Numbered from the stretch's first letter, positions 39,536 through 50,742 are shown. The stretch: 64,000 bases of DNA from Nostoc sp. DedQUE02 (GCF_034531035.1 NZ_JAVRBY020000016.1:34521-98520), one strand, 5' to 3'. The notes: generated by a model from the letters alone, not told the origin. Translations and numbers: made by a program.

Positions 39536-39955
39536 ATGGCAACCAAACAAGAAGTTAGAGGATACCTTGCCTACTGGTTTCAGTTGGGTAAGAAAGTGAT
39601 TACGGGCAACGGTAAGGCAAGCTTTTTGCCCCAATCGGTGCTAAATGGCGATCGCTATAGTGAAGAATTTGAAGAGTGCTGGCAGAAAATTATCTCGCCG
39701 GAATCAGGTGATTGTTACCTGGAGGGTACATCCGAAACCATTGCTGAACTGTTGACACCAGCATGGGATATGCTGCCTTGCAGTCGATGCAGTATGCCGA
39801 TAGCCGCACGAGACGTCGGAATGCCCGCGTTGTTATGTCCCTGCAATGATTTACCTAACTGGCCGAATACTGAATTGCCAGCACCGCGAGAGCCAATTAA
39901 GACTCAAGACCAACTCAAAACAATCCGCGATCGGCTTGTAAATAATATTACATAA
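39536..39955 (+). CDS. Hypothetical protein with CxxC and CPC motifs
   Basis: YLAYWFQLGK, YLEGT..TIAELL, CSRC and LCPCNDLPNWPN. Confidence 0.8.
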   Translation: MATKQEVRGYLAYWFQLGKKVITGNGKASFLPQSVLNGDRYSEEFEECWQKIISPESGDCYLEGTSETIAELLTPAWDMLPCSRCSMPIAARDVGMPALLCPCNDLPNWPNTELPAPREPIKTQDQLKTIRDRLVNNIT

Positions 39956-40306
39956 ATAAACAAGCAATTTATCAATCTGACAACTTTCTTCTAATTTTCT
40001 AATTATTTGATTATTTTAATTTCTCCTGTAGTGTTCTTGAGTCTCACTACAGAATTTTTGTATGCTTGTACTAGCTAAGGAAAAATAACTATTGGTTATT
40101 AATACCATTTTGCAATTATATGTAGTATTTCTTCCTCTGCCTCCCCTGCTTCCCCTGCTCAAGAACAGCCTGTCAAAACTAATATTTTTGAACGCAATTT
40201 GGTATAACTATGCCCAATCCCAAAAATCCTAAATATTTTACTCATTAACCGTGCCACTATAGAAAATAGAGCTGCAAATTGAGCAATAGGAAGACTAAAG
40301 AACACT

Positions 40307-41266
40307 GTGCAGATAACATTCTTAGGGACGAGTTCCGGTGTACCCACGCGATCGCGCAATGTTTCCAGTGTCGCTCTGAGATTACCCCAAAGGGCAGAAC
40401 TGTGGTTGTTCGATTGTGGTGAAGGTACTCAGCATCAAATTATGCGGAGTGAACTGAAAATCAGTCAACTCTCCCGAATTTTTATCACCCACATGCACGG
40501 CGACCATATCTTTGGCTTGATGGGACTTCTTGCTACTTGCGGCTTGGCTGGCAATGTGGAGCGAATTGATATATATGGGCCACCTGGATTAAATGATTAC
40601 ATTCAATCCGCCTCACGTTATTCCTACACGCACTTTTCTTACCCAATCAAAGTTCATGCCATCCGTCCAGGGATAATTTATGAAGACGATGACTTCACCG
40701 TTAGTTGCGCTAATTTACACCACCGCATTACAGCTTTTGGCTACCGCGTAGCCGAAAAAGACCGATCCGGACGCTTCGATGTGGAAAAAGCCAAGGCGTT
40801 GCAAATTCCTCCTGGTCGGGTTTACGGTCAACTTAAGCGCGGTGAAACAGTTACCCTTACTGATGGACGGGTGATTGATGGCACTCAATTATGCGGCCCT
40901 ACAGAAATTGGTCGAAAGATTGCCTATTGTACGGACACAATTTATTGTGATGGTGCAGTGGAATTAGCTCATGATGCAGATGTATTAATTCACGAAGCAA
41001 CCTTTGCCCATCAAGATGCAGATATGGCTTTTCAGCGATTGCATTCCACAACCACAATGGCAGCGCAAACAGCTTTAGCTGCTGGGGCACATCGACTGAT
41101 TATGAGTCATTTCAGTCCCCGCTATGCTCCTGGAAATACTTTAGAATTGAAGGATCTCCTCAAGGAAGCCCGTGCTATTTTTCCCCGTACTGATATGGCT
41201 TACGATTTTATGATTCATGAAGTACCCAGACGACGGGAAGTAGAGCTAACCAAGATAGGCGTTTAA
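40307..41266 (+). CDS. rnz: Ribonuclease Z
   Basis: FLGTSSGVPT, FDCGEGTQ, ITHMHGDH, HEATF, HST and HFSPRY. Confidence 0.97.
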   Translation: MQITFLGTSSGVPTRSRNVSSVALRLPQRAELWLFDCGEGTQHQIMRSELKISQLSRIFITHMHGDHIFGLMGLLATCGLAGNVERIDIYGPPGLNDYIQSASRYSYTHFSYPIKVHAIRPGIIYEDDDFTVSCANLHHRITAFGYRVAEKDRSGRFDVEKAKALQIPPGRVYGQLKRGETVTLTDGRVIDGTQLCGPTEIGRKIAYCTDTIYCDGAVELAHDADVLIHEATFAHQDADMAFQRLHSTTTMAAQTALAAGAHRLIMSHFSPRYAPGNTLELKDLLKEARAIFPRTDMAYDFMIHEVPRRREVELTKIGV

Positions 41267-41904
41267 ATTTTAGATTTTGTGGAAAGTCTGAAGGTCGGTT
41301 TTGAAGTTCGCGGACTCCTTGGCGCATCCCACCGCAGCCATCACAACTTTGCAAGACAGATTTTATATTGAACCCTTCTAATCTAAAATCTAAAATTAAC
41401 CAGGATCTATCTTAAAGTTTTGTAGTCAAACTGATAACGTCCAGCAAATAGATAGCAGCTAACTTTTACGAATAAGTCAACTAGTTAACCATGAATTTAG
41501 ATTAACTAAGTGTATCAAAAAGGTAGAAGTACTATGCTTTAAATATTTATCTTAATGTGTTTCTTGGATTACAAGTGATAAAAATAACTTCTAGATAAAG
41601 TAATGTTTGTAAATTAGATAATTTATTACTCAAATACTTAAGAAAAATAATTAATTTTTCGTCAAGATTTTTATTCCTTAAATAAAATATTTATTAAAAA
41701 TTTATTCTTCCAACACTGATTAAGAATTTATATGCATGAATTGATGAACATGAAAGCGCCAGTTGGCATAATATTATGCCAAATTAGCTTGTCATTGTTG
41801 GAAGAAGAATTAAGTATGCTCTTGCAGCTATTAGGTGTAAAAAAATCATTTCACATTTCTCATAAATCTTCCAGATAAATATAGTGTTTCGATATTAGAG
41901 GAGT

Positions 41905-44118
41905 TTGATAGTGGCTAAGACTAGTCTGAATCAAGAGCAACAGGTTACTACTTCAGCACAAGGCGTAGTTGACATCAGACAACTATCTACTATTTTGCTT
42001 CGCCGACGCTTTCTGATCTTGGGGGTTTCCTGTGTAGTGATGTCAGTTGCTAGCCTCCTGGCTGTCACTGTCAAACCTACTTACCAGAGCAATATGCAGA
42101 TATTGGTGAGTTCCAATTCATCCGAAGGGGCACAGTCAAATAATATCCCAGTTGGGGCAGATACTCAGGTTACTGATTCCAATTCTCAAGTTGTTGATTC
42201 CACTACTCAGATGAAACTTATGCTGAGTTCTAAGTTGCTTCAGAAAGCTGTAGATTTACTTCATTCTGATTATCCTAATATTACTTTACAAGATATCAAT
42301 GGTCAAAAAGGACATCAGACAAAAGCCGCTCTAGAAATAACTCCAGAAGAGGGAGGTATAGGAGCTAATAAAGTTTTTAATCAAGCATTTAAAGTTTCTT
42401 TCAATGATGACGATCCAATAAAAGCACAAAAAGTACTTCAAGCTCTAGAGAAAGTCTACCAAAACTACAACAAGCAGCAACAAAAAGAACGTCTGAATCA
42501 GGGATTAGCTTTTGTAAACACTCGCCTACCTGAGATAAAAAAAGAGGTGAGTAAAGCTGAGAAAAATTTGGAACAGTTTCGCAAGAAACATAAATTACTT
42601 GATCCCGAAGTCCAAAGTAAAATTCTGCTAGAATCTCTAGCCGATGTTCAACAACAGCTACAAACCGCTCGTGCCAATCTTAAGGATGTAAACGCTCGCT
42701 ACGATAATTTAGAGCAGCAAATAGCGTCTTCATCTCAACAGAATACACTAATTTCTTCTCGTTTAAATCAGTCAAGTCGCTACCAAGCACTATTGAGTGA
42801 AATTCAAAAGACGGAACTAGCATTGGCTAAAGAGCGGCTGCGCTATACAGACGATTACCCATCGGTACAAAAACTAAAGCAGCAACGCCAAAGTGAACTG
42901 TCTCTATTAAGAGAAGAGGTGAAAACTATTACTAATAGTAAGGAAAAACCTTTATTCAAAGGACAAATTCTAGGAGTTGATCCAACGCTATTAGACGAGT
43001 TTGTTTTGGTACAGACAACTGTTTTAGGACTAACTGCCAATGAAAAAAATCTAACCGAGTCAGAACAGCAAATCCGTTCTGAGCTAAACAAATATCCAAG
43101 TTTAATAGCAGAATATAATAGTCTGCTGCCAAAGGTAGAAACTAGTCGCAAAACCCTTGAACAACTACTTCAGGCGCAACAGTCATTAGGACTAAAAATT
43201 GCTCAGGAAGGATATAGCTGGCAAGTTTTGGCAGAACCTTCTCCGGGTATTTATATGGGTAACAACAGATTGTTACTTTTAGTCGGAGGAGCAGTGATTG
43301 GGCCGATTTTAGGTATCTTAGCAGCTCTGATTTTAGAAAAGTTTAATGACGCTATTTATTGTGCCGGAGATTTAAAGAAACTGACGAACTTACGTGTACT
43401 GGGGTCAGTGCCAAAACTATCCTCGCGTAGTGCCAAAAAGCGGCGGCTAGGTCTGCCTTGGAATGGTCGAGGAAGCTCAGATTCTGTAATAGAAGCCAGT
43501 ACTAAATTGCCCGTCCATGAAACCCTGGACATGATCTACCAAAATATTCAAATATTAAAATATCCCTTACCGTTCAAGTCGCTGATGTTTACTTCAGCAT
43601 TACCAGGGGAAGGAAAGACAACCTTAGTATTAGGGCTTGTAGCTAGTGCTACTCGAATGCATCGACGGGTATTAGTAATTGATGCGAACCTACATAATCC
43701 TAGCCTGCACAAAATCCTGGAAATATCCAATGATTGGGGACTATCTCTGTTATTAGTTGATGAGACAACTACTCATTTTCAAGATTACATCCAACCCATT
43801 CATCCCTCTATTGATATTTTGACTGCTGGGCCGGAACCGGAAGATACGGTAAAGTTGCTCAGTTCTCAACGGATGAAAGAACTAATAGAGTTGTTTGAGC
43901 AAAGTTATGACCTAGTACTGATAGATGCTCCACCTATTTTGGGCACGGTTGATGCCAGGATTGTGGCATCTTTTTGCAATGGTATTGTGATGGTAGAGCG
44001 TATGGGAAAAGTGACTCGAACTGAATTGACTCAAGCAACAGAAATTTTGAGTAAGTTGAATTTAATCGGAATTATCGCTAATGAAGTCAGCAATTCTCAA
44101 AAGGTATTGGCATCGTAG
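41905..44118 (+). CDS. GumC/Wzc-like polysaccharide co-polymerase with BY-kinase domain
   Basis: Two TM segments flank a coiled periplasmic region, followed by Walker A TSALPGEGKTT, VLVIDANL and LVLIDAPP. Confidence 0.9.
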   Translation: MIVAKTSLNQEQQVTTSAQGVVDIRQLSTILLRRRFLILGVSCVVMSVASLLAVTVKPTYQSNMQILVSSNSSEGAQSNNIPVGADTQVTDSNSQVVDSTTQMKLMLSSKLLQKAVDLLHSDYPNITLQDINGQKGHQTKAALEITPEEGGIGANKVFNQAFKVSFNDDDPIKAQKVLQALEKVYQNYNKQQQKERLNQGLAFVNTRLPEIKKEVSKAEKNLEQFRKKHKLLDPEVQSKILLESLADVQQQLQTARANLKDVNARYDNLEQQIASSSQQNTLISSRLNQSSRYQALLSEIQKTELALAKERLRYTDDYPSVQKLKQQRQSELSLLREEVKTITNSKEKPLFKGQILGVDPTLLDEFVLVQTTVLGLTANEKNLTESEQQIRSELNKYPSLIAEYNSLLPKVETSRKTLEQLLQAQQSLGLKIAQEGYSWQVLAEPSPGIYMGNNRLLLLVGGAVIGPILGILAALILEKFNDAIYCAGDLKKLTNLRVLGSVPKLSSRSAKKRRLGLPWNGRGSSDSVIEASTKLPVHETLDMIYQNIQILKYPLPFKSLMFTSALPGEGKTTLVLGLVASATRMHRRVLVIDANLHNPSLHKILEISNDWGLSLLLVDETTTHFQDYIQPIHPSIDILTAGPEPEDTVKLLSSQRMKELIELFEQSYDLVLIDAPPILGTVDARIVASFCNGIVMVERMGKVTRTELTQATEILSKLNLIGIIANEVSNSQKVLAS

Positions 44119-44318
44119 GCTGAAGAAGTACGGAGCATTGGGTATTGGGAAGAGGCAGAGGAATTCTCGCTATACCCTCTTGAACTGATTTCTACCTGAT
44201 AGCTAAAGCAAAATGCATAATTAGTAGGAGGTGGCAACCTCCTGCGTTGGAGAACTGTCTCATCTTAAAGTAGTAGGCGCCATAATCCAGAGCGTCAATT
44301 AGATACTAGTGTGATTAG

Positions 44319-45473
44319 ATGATCAGCATGAAATTCCAACTTTATTTAGGCTCTTTATTTTCGCAAATTAAAGTACGTCATTGGTGGGTAAGTATTTTTT
44401 TGTGGATAGCTTTGGTTGCCCCAGCCCAAGCGTCTGTAATCCTGCGCGTGGCAATTGAGAGGGGTGTTAATCAGGTAAAAGTGGGCAGTTCCACCACTGG
44501 GATCGTGAAGGATAGTACTGGCCGGACTCTCGGACAGTTACCAGCGATGAGTGCATATTACGCCCAAGCCGTTCCTGGCGGAGTTGCTTTAGATAAGTGG
44601 CAGTCTGGTTTATTTTGGATTGAGCCAACTGGCAAGGGATTTGTTTATATTGGCGATCGCTGGTATCGAGGCAGAACTTTGGTTGTCCCCACAGACAAAG
44701 GCTTAACGGCTGTTAACTGGGTTGATGACCAAGAATATCTCTACAGCGTTCTCGGTGGCGAAATGGATGCTAGCTGGCCTCAAGAAGCTTTAAAAGCCCA
44801 AGCGATCGCAGCCCGCACTTACGCCCTCTACGAACGAGAAAAACAACGGAATAATCCCGTTTATGATTTAGGCAATACCCCCGATCGCTGGCAAATTTAC
44901 AAAGGTGTCATTAGTGAATCTCCTGCTACTTATGCCGCAGTGGATTCTACTCTAGGGCAGGTACTAACTTACAAAAACCGGATTATTCTCTCAGTCTTCC
45001 ACGCTTGTTCTGGGGGACACACCGAAAACGTGGAAGATGTTTGGGGAAGTAGCGAACCTTATCTACGTGCTGTTCAAGACTACGATCAAAATATCCGCGA
45101 GTGTAATTGGGTGAAAACCTTCTCGCCCAGTGAAATTAGCGCTAAATTTCCTGAAGTGGGCAGCGTGACGGCGATGATTCCAGAGACGTACTCACCTTTT
45201 CGCAGTGTTAAAGTTTTAAAAATTGTCGGCAATAAGGGCACGAAGGTGCTACAGGGGGAAGAAGTGCGAACAGCCCTCAAGTTAAAAAGTACCCGCTTTA
45301 CTGTCGCCAAGGGAGGCGATGGTAGTTTTGTACTACAAGGGCTTGGCTATGGTCATGCTTTAGGTATGAGTCAATGGGGCGCGTACAATCTGGCTCGGCA
45401 AGGAGTGAACCACCTACAAATTTTGGGACATTATTATCAAGGTGTAGCCCTAACGCCAATTCAGGCGAAGTAA
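44319..45473 (+). CDS. SpoIID/LytB-domain peptidoglycan lytic transglycosylase
   Basis: YLYSVLGGEM, EALKAQAIAARTYA, FHACSGGHTEN and GYGHALGMSQWGA. Confidence 0.93.
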   Translation: MISMKFQLYLGSLFSQIKVRHWWVSIFLWIALVAPAQASVILRVAIERGVNQVKVGSSTTGIVKDSTGRTLGQLPAMSAYYAQAVPGGVALDKWQSGLFWIEPTGKGFVYIGDRWYRGRTLVVPTDKGLTAVNWVDDQEYLYSVLGGEMDASWPQEALKAQAIAARTYALYEREKQRNNPVYDLGNTPDRWQIYKGVISESPATYAAVDSTLGQVLTYKNRIILSVFHACSGGHTENVEDVWGSSEPYLRAVQDYDQNIRECNWVKTFSPSEISAKFPEVGSVTAMIPETYSPFRSVKVLKIVGNKGTKVLQGEEVRTALKLKSTRFTVAKGGDGSFVLQGLGYGHALGMSQWGAYNLARQGVNHLQILGHYYQGVALTPIQAK

Positions 45474-45590
45474 TTGGGGATTGGGGATTGGGAAAGGGTA
45501 AGGGGAAAAGGGTAAGGGGAAAAGAGGAAAGATTAAATTTATTCCTTTTCCCTTTAACCTGGTTGGTGAGCTTGCCGAACCATAACCTTT

Positions 45591-45760
45591 TCCCCTGCTC
45601 CCCCTGCTCCTCGGTCACTGAATCTCGACTTCGCTCGATTTCCGCGTTGGTCATTGAATCTCGACTCACTTCGACTGCGCTCAGTGCAAGTCGCTCGATT
45701 ACCGCGTAGCCGAAATGAGCCGAAGTGCTGCTCCCCCTGCTTCCCCTGCCCCTCTACTTC
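45591..45760. repeat. Composite family B repeat flanked by CCCCTGCT units
   Basis: Core TTGAATCTCGACTCACTTCGACTGCGCTCAGTGCAAGTCGCTCGATTACCGC at 45654-45705. Confidence 0.85.
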
Positions 45761-47059
45761 CTATTCCCCACTCCCACGTTCTAAGCGCCGTTGCCATTCA
45801 GCGTCAATTTTTGCAGAACGCTCAACTTCTTGGTCTAGTAAGTCAGTTTCGCTAGAGTACACTAAATCTTCGTTGCCAATGACTTTTTCTGTTGCAAATT
45901 GTTGAGCATAGTTGATTTTTTGTTGCAAAGGTGAATCAGGACTTGCCAATAGCCTTGCTCTGGAAATGCGATCGCGGTTGCGATCGCCTATTTTGCGATT
46001 ACGCCACTGAATCCAGAAATAACGCAATAACGGTATACCTAAAAAACCTGCTCCGTAAGCCAATAGCAGCCAATAAATTCCTTGTACAAAAGCTACCAGT
46101 CCGCCTAATTGGATGGCAACAGTTCCATCTCTCAACAAACTTCCCAGTACTAAAGCACCAACAAAATTTAGTATCCCTAACCCAGCACTCAGCATAATTT
46201 GCCCGGAACTTGCGGCACTAAAACGCCAGGGAAATTCTTCCAAGTGATCTGATATTGCATAACGGCGCTTTTTAACTGCACTCACCTGCAACTCTGGGAA
46301 GTAATAAACAATTTGACCTTCTGGACTTACCCCTGGTTGCCCATTAAATCGCGTCAGAACGGGCAACATATAATCTTCGTATTCTCTTGTGTATCCCTCG
46401 CCAATATCATCCAAATATGGGGTAATTTGTTCTGCTACCACTGCACCACGGTTATTCCGAATCACTGTAGCAATTTCTTGCCAACGGCGTTCTTCTAAGT
46501 TGGCGTTAGGATTACCATCGCCAAACAAAAATGAAAACACAGCTTCAAAGAAATTCAGATTGCTTTCTTCTTGGTTTCCACGCCGCCGTTCCTGGTAGTG
46601 GGTGTCATAATTTGGGCTAAGATACCAGAATAAATTTGGAAAATAGAAGAAGCCCCCACCACCGGAATTACTGCCCCGATTGTCGCCGTCACGATCTGAA
46701 TTGGCAGCAGTAATGATCATGAAGATGGTAACAGTTATCAAGACGATGGAAATAGTTAAGAAAATTCCAAAAGAAATGCGAATCAGGTAAAACAGAACAC
46801 TCCAGACTTTTTTCCACCATTCCTGCAATCGTAATTGGAAGTATTTATTACGCAAAATTGCTCGAAAATTTTGTGGAAAAAGGAAAACTATATCACCTGA
46901 ATCCGCTACCTGTAAATGTCCGCCAGCATCAGATGCCAGGGCTAACAAGCTTTGATTAGCTTCAGCTACATTCAATCCTGCCTGAGTTGCCACATCACCA
47001 ACGGTGACACGGTAGCCCAGTTGTTCCACAGCTTGCATGATGGTGGGACTGGGAGCCAT
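45761..47059 (-). CDS. Membrane protein of unknown function
   Basis: N-terminal wHTH-like segment VTVGDVATQAG, several TM segments and FFEAVFSFLFGDGNPN. Confidence 0.85.
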   Translation of the reverse strand: MAPSPTIMQAVEQLGYRVTVGDVATQAGLNVAEANQSLLALASDAGGHLQVADSGDIVFLFPQNFRAILRNKYFQLRLQEWWKKVWSVLFYLIRISFGIFLTISIVLITVTIFMIITAANSDRDGDNRGSNSGGGGFFYFPNLFWYLSPNYDTHYQERRRGNQEESNLNFFEAVFSFLFGDGNPNANLEERRWQEIATVIRNNRGAVVAEQITPYLDDIGEGYTREYEDYMLPVLTRFNGQPGVSPEGQIVYYFPELQVSAVKKRRYAISDHLEEFPWRFSAASSGQIMLSAGLGILNFVGALVLGSLLRDGTVAIQLGGLVAFVQGIYWLLLAYGAGFLGIPLLRYFWIQWRNRKIGDRNRDRISRARLLASPDSPLQQKINYAQQFATEKVIGNEDLVYSSETDLLDQEVERSAKIDAEWQRRLERGSGE

Positions 47060-47248
47060 TGCTCTCCCCTCCTGTTAAAACTTATTCCCTTTTCTTAAGT
47101 ATAAAGTTTTATTTTGAGCAACTTGCCAGGGGTAGAAATAAAGCATGAATGAAATAGACCTCTTGCGTAAATCAACAAATGGACTAACACGCAACGTGTT
47201 ATAATTGTTTGCCTCAGCTTGGTTAACCAGCAAATTTTCTGCTCAAAT

Positions 47249-47728
47249 ATGGTTCAGTATACTCTCGCTCAAAGTCCAGAAATTATCCTTACTGTTTCTG
47301 GAAAAGATTCAGCCAAAGCCCGTGATAAGGCAATGGATCAGTTAATGGAACTGATGGATGCAGGTAAGTTACCCACGGAATTGGAAGAAGGATTTGGCCC
47401 TCAACAATTAATTGAGGTTAAAGAGTCAACTATTGATACTGCTAGCGGTGAGGATACAATTACACAAGCTGTCCAGGTTCTGAGTAACCTGGCGACACTC
47501 AAGTTGAAAGTTCAGGAGTCACGAGCCGAAGCGTTGGAAATTCGCAAAGCGGTTGATGTTCTGTTCACCGATGAGTCTGTGACTGAAGAGGAAATTACTC
47601 GACTCAAGGAAGGTTTTAAAGTTCTCAAAAATTTTGCCCAAGCCAATGTGCGTTACCAGGAAGCGCGAGCTAAAGCAGAACAGGCTCGGCAGACTCTCGA
47701 TCAAGCTCTCAAATCGCCTGACAAGTAA
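47249..47728 (+). CDS. Hypothetical helical / coiled-coil protein
   Basis: GKDSAKARDKAMDQLMEL... Probable start is ATG 47249. Confidence 0.8.
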   Translation: MVQYTLAQSPEIILTVSGKDSAKARDKAMDQLMELMDAGKLPTELEEGFGPQQLIEVKESTIDTASGEDTITQAVQVLSNLATLKLKVQESRAEALEIRKAVDVLFTDESVTEEEITRLKEGFKVLKNFAQANVRYQEARAKAEQARQTLDQALKSPDK

Positions 47729-47783
47729 TATTTACAGAGTTGGATGCATTGAGATGTATCTGAAAAATGTATTAAATACTTTA

Positions 47784-47809
47784 AAAGACAGGCTGTTATA
47801 CCTGTCTTT
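47784..47809. terminator. Bidirectional terminator-like hairpin between the convergent CDS and tRNA-Gln
   Basis: AAAGACAGG-ctgttata-CCTGTCTTT. Confidence 0.65.
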
Positions 47810-47816
47810 AGATTAA

Positions 47817-47888
47817 CTGGGGCGCTAGGATTCGAACCCAGGGATGGCGAGACCAAAACCCGCTGCCTTACCACTTGGCGACGCCCCA
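47817..47888 (-). tRNA. trnQ: tRNA-Gln (anticodon UUG)
   Basis: Reverse complement folds with acceptor TGGGGCG/CGCCCCA, anticodon loop TT-TTG-GT and T-loop TTCGAAT. CCA is not encoded. Confidence 0.96.
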
Positions 47889-48200
47889 ACAATTTCACTA
47901 TGCATAATATAGCATTTAATCCTGGGTTAATGTCAAGTATTTTAATAGTTAATTTCAGATAAGGGGTTTTTACAGTAGGACGTTGATTGGTCGGAATCGT
48001 TGCAATTAGACTTTTTCATCACTTTGAGGTGAACCTTTAAATTAAAGTTTGGCGGTCGTCGTCGAACTCACGTTAATTTCTCCGATAGTTATGAAAGAGG
48101 TAAAAGCAGAAAATTTCGCGATCGCGATTCCTTGGCATTCAAAATATGCTTGACTAAAGGATCAATGCCTTAGAGCCAGTCTCACCCTATTTATTTTTCT

Positions 48201-49016
48201 TTACTCCCCAGTTTCGTGAAGGAAGACTGCTGCAATACGACTTGATGATAGGAGTTGCTTCGTTGCCAGCCATATAAAGAGTGGAATAGTCTTAGCATAG
48301 CGGCTGCAAAGTCGACGCGGTTCTTGAATCCATCGATACAGCCATTCAAGCCCTAAGTCTCTAACTATGCGGGGTGCCCGTTTATGAATTCCTGCATAAA
48401 CAGGGAAAACTCCTCCCAGTCCAATCATTACAGCTTGTATCTTGCCCTTATGTTGAGCTATCCAATTTTCTTGTTTGGGACATCCCAGAGACACTAAGAC
48501 GGTGCTGGCACCACTAGAATTAATCTTTTTAACCAAAGCTTCGTCTTCAATGTCAGTCAAGGGACGAAAGGGTAGAGGTTCCATCGCCGCAATCTTCACC
48601 TGCGGAAATTCCTTCTCTAACCTTTTTCGCATCTTAGAAAGAATTTCCGTTTGGGAACCTAGAAAGAAAATACTCAGATTTTGTGTTTGAGTTAGCTGAC
48701 ACAATGCTAAGAAAATATCCATTCCTGCTACACGGTCTTGGTAAAGCGCTCCCATTTTTCGCATCATCCATACAAGAGGCATACCATCAGGAGTAACTAT
48801 ATCTGCATTTCGTAATACGGTAGCAAACTCTGGATTCCAATGAGCTTCAATGAGCATGTGTACATTTGCTACATATACAGTTTTACTCTCACGCCTACTC
48901 GCCCACCTAAGTATTGTTTGTATCTGGTCGTCAAAGCGTAAAGCAGTAATAGAAAAATCAAGCACTTTTTTAGTAGGTAGAAGCACTCTCGCCACCTTCA
49001 ATAACTCCTGTGTCAA
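48201..49016 (-). CDS. WecB/TagA/CpsF family glycosyltransferase
   Basis: YVANVH, VTPDGMP, RVAGMD, LGCPKQE, RAP...GLEWLYR and QEPRRL. Confidence 0.94.
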   Translation of the reverse strand: MTQELLKVARVLLPTKKVLDFSITALRFDDQIQTILRWASRRESKTVYVANVHMLIEAHWNPEFATVLRNADIVTPDGMPLVWMMRKMGALYQDRVAGMDIFLALCQLTQTQNLSIFFLGSQTEILSKMRKRLEKEFPQVKIAAMEPLPFRPLTDIEDEALVKKINSSGASTVLVSLGCPKQENWIAQHKGKIQAVMIGLGGVFPVYAGIHKRAPRIVRDLGLEWLYRWIQEPRRLCSRYAKTIPLFIWLATKQLLSSSRIAAVFLHETGE

Positions 49017-49592
49017 AGAAAAAAATCCATAGATTACTTAGATCAATCAGAATATTGATTAATTCAGATTGGATCACTCCTGACTTTTATGTAGGCTTCT
49101 GTCATCATTGGAAGTTAACACATGGAGATGCAATTGCCTTCTTAGTATACTTTTGACTTAATCAGTAATACTATAATTATTTAACTGCTGTGTTCTAGCT
49201 TACTGTTTTAAGCTAGAGATTTTAGACGCTGTGTGACAAAATTCATACTTCCTTTATAATTAATTTTTCATTGGTTCATGTAAGCATTACAATTGCGACA
49301 AATTCCCAGATGTATTTTCTACACTGAGTCTCGCAAGCTACTTATGTATTTAAATAGTAAAGAAAAATGCCAGTCACTTAGTCTGGCAATTTTGATACGT
49401 AAGTATACGCTAGTATACGCTTAATAGGTTTAATTAAAATTAACTATATTTAAAATAATGTAAAATAATTTTTTATTATCACTTTCCCAATCTATTAGAG
49501 ATTTAATTAGCGTTGCAGAACAGGGAGATAAATTTGGATGGAATTTTAGAAGTTGTCAAATCATCCCGCTTTCTTTGCAATGCCATTTAATA

Positions 49593-50742
49593 TATAGCAA
49601 TCCTATTTGGTTTGTGAGAAAATACGTAAGAGGGTTGAAGGTATAATTAGTAGCCATTACAGGGGAATATCAATGTGGATGCGATCGCTATCAGAGTTTA
49701 TCGAAAATAGCCAAGACAAGCGAGAAATTCAACGGGCACTCGCAGTCAAGATGCTGCTAGAAGGATACACTCATGTTGCTATCCAATCGATATTGGATGT
49801 TTCATCAGGATTTATAAGTAAGTGGAAAAAGGCATTTTTCACTTTTGGAGTAGAAGGCTTAAAGCTTAGATACAAGGGAAGTCAGGGATTTTTGAATCCA
49901 CAACAGCGTGCAGAAATAATTGAATGGCTCAAAAGCAAGGATAAGTGGAATTTAAGCGAACTAGAATACGAGATAGCATCTTTGTATGGGGTAGTGTTTG
50001 AATCGAAACAGAGCTACTACGACTTATTTGATACAGCCGGGATTAGTTGGAAGAAAACTCAAGCTCACAACCCCAAGTATGACGAAGAACTAGTAGCATC
50101 AAAAAAAAAGAAATCTGTGAGTTACTGGAAGCGAGACGTTCTGAAATCGAGCGGAGCCGGAGACGCTCCGCCTCCGGTCAGGAAAGTTAGTGGTATTCAT
50201 GGTTGATGAATGTCATCTGTTGTGGGGTGATATCTGTGGATATGTTTGGGGAAAAACTAGCGAACGCATATCAGTTCCAGTTGTAAACGCTCGTGATAAG
50301 CAAACATATTTTGGTGCTATAGATTACAAAACCCACGAATTTATAACTTACGCAGCTAAAAAAGGAGACTCCCAAAACACGATAAATTTCTTGGAATATC
50401 TTCAATCACAGCGTCCAGGAGCTAATTTTTTAATAATTTGGGATGGAGCTTCTTATCATCGTTCTAATGCAATTCAAGACTATTTAGACTCTTTGAATCG
50501 TCAGCTTAAGCAAGAACAATGGTTGATAACTTGTAAACGGTTTGCCCCAAATGCTCCACAACAAAATCCCGTAGAAGATATTTGGTTACAAGCGAAAAAA
50601 TTGATTAGAGAGTTTTATTTTTTCTGCCATTCTTTTTCTGTAGTTAAAGCATTATTTGAGCTAGCCGTCAATGGTCAAATTTTTGACTTTCCTAAGCTAA
50701 ATGAGTATGGTAATTTCTCACAAATGATTTAGGATTGCTATA
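49593..50742 (+). mobile_element. IS630-family insertion sequence
   Basis: Imperfect TIRs TATAGCAATCCTATTTGGTTTGTGAGAAA and TTTCTCACAAATGATTTAGGATTGCTATA, TA at both ends, enclosing HTH and DDE ORFs. Confidence 0.93.
49673..50732 (+). pseudogene. IS630 transposase, probably inactivated by a short insertion
   Basis: The HTH ORF ends at an A9G slippery run (50101-50110). The -1 frame (EICELLEARRSEIE) hits TAG at 50188-50190. The DDE ORF (VDE, WDGASYH, NPVED) is in the third frame. Confidence 0.8.
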
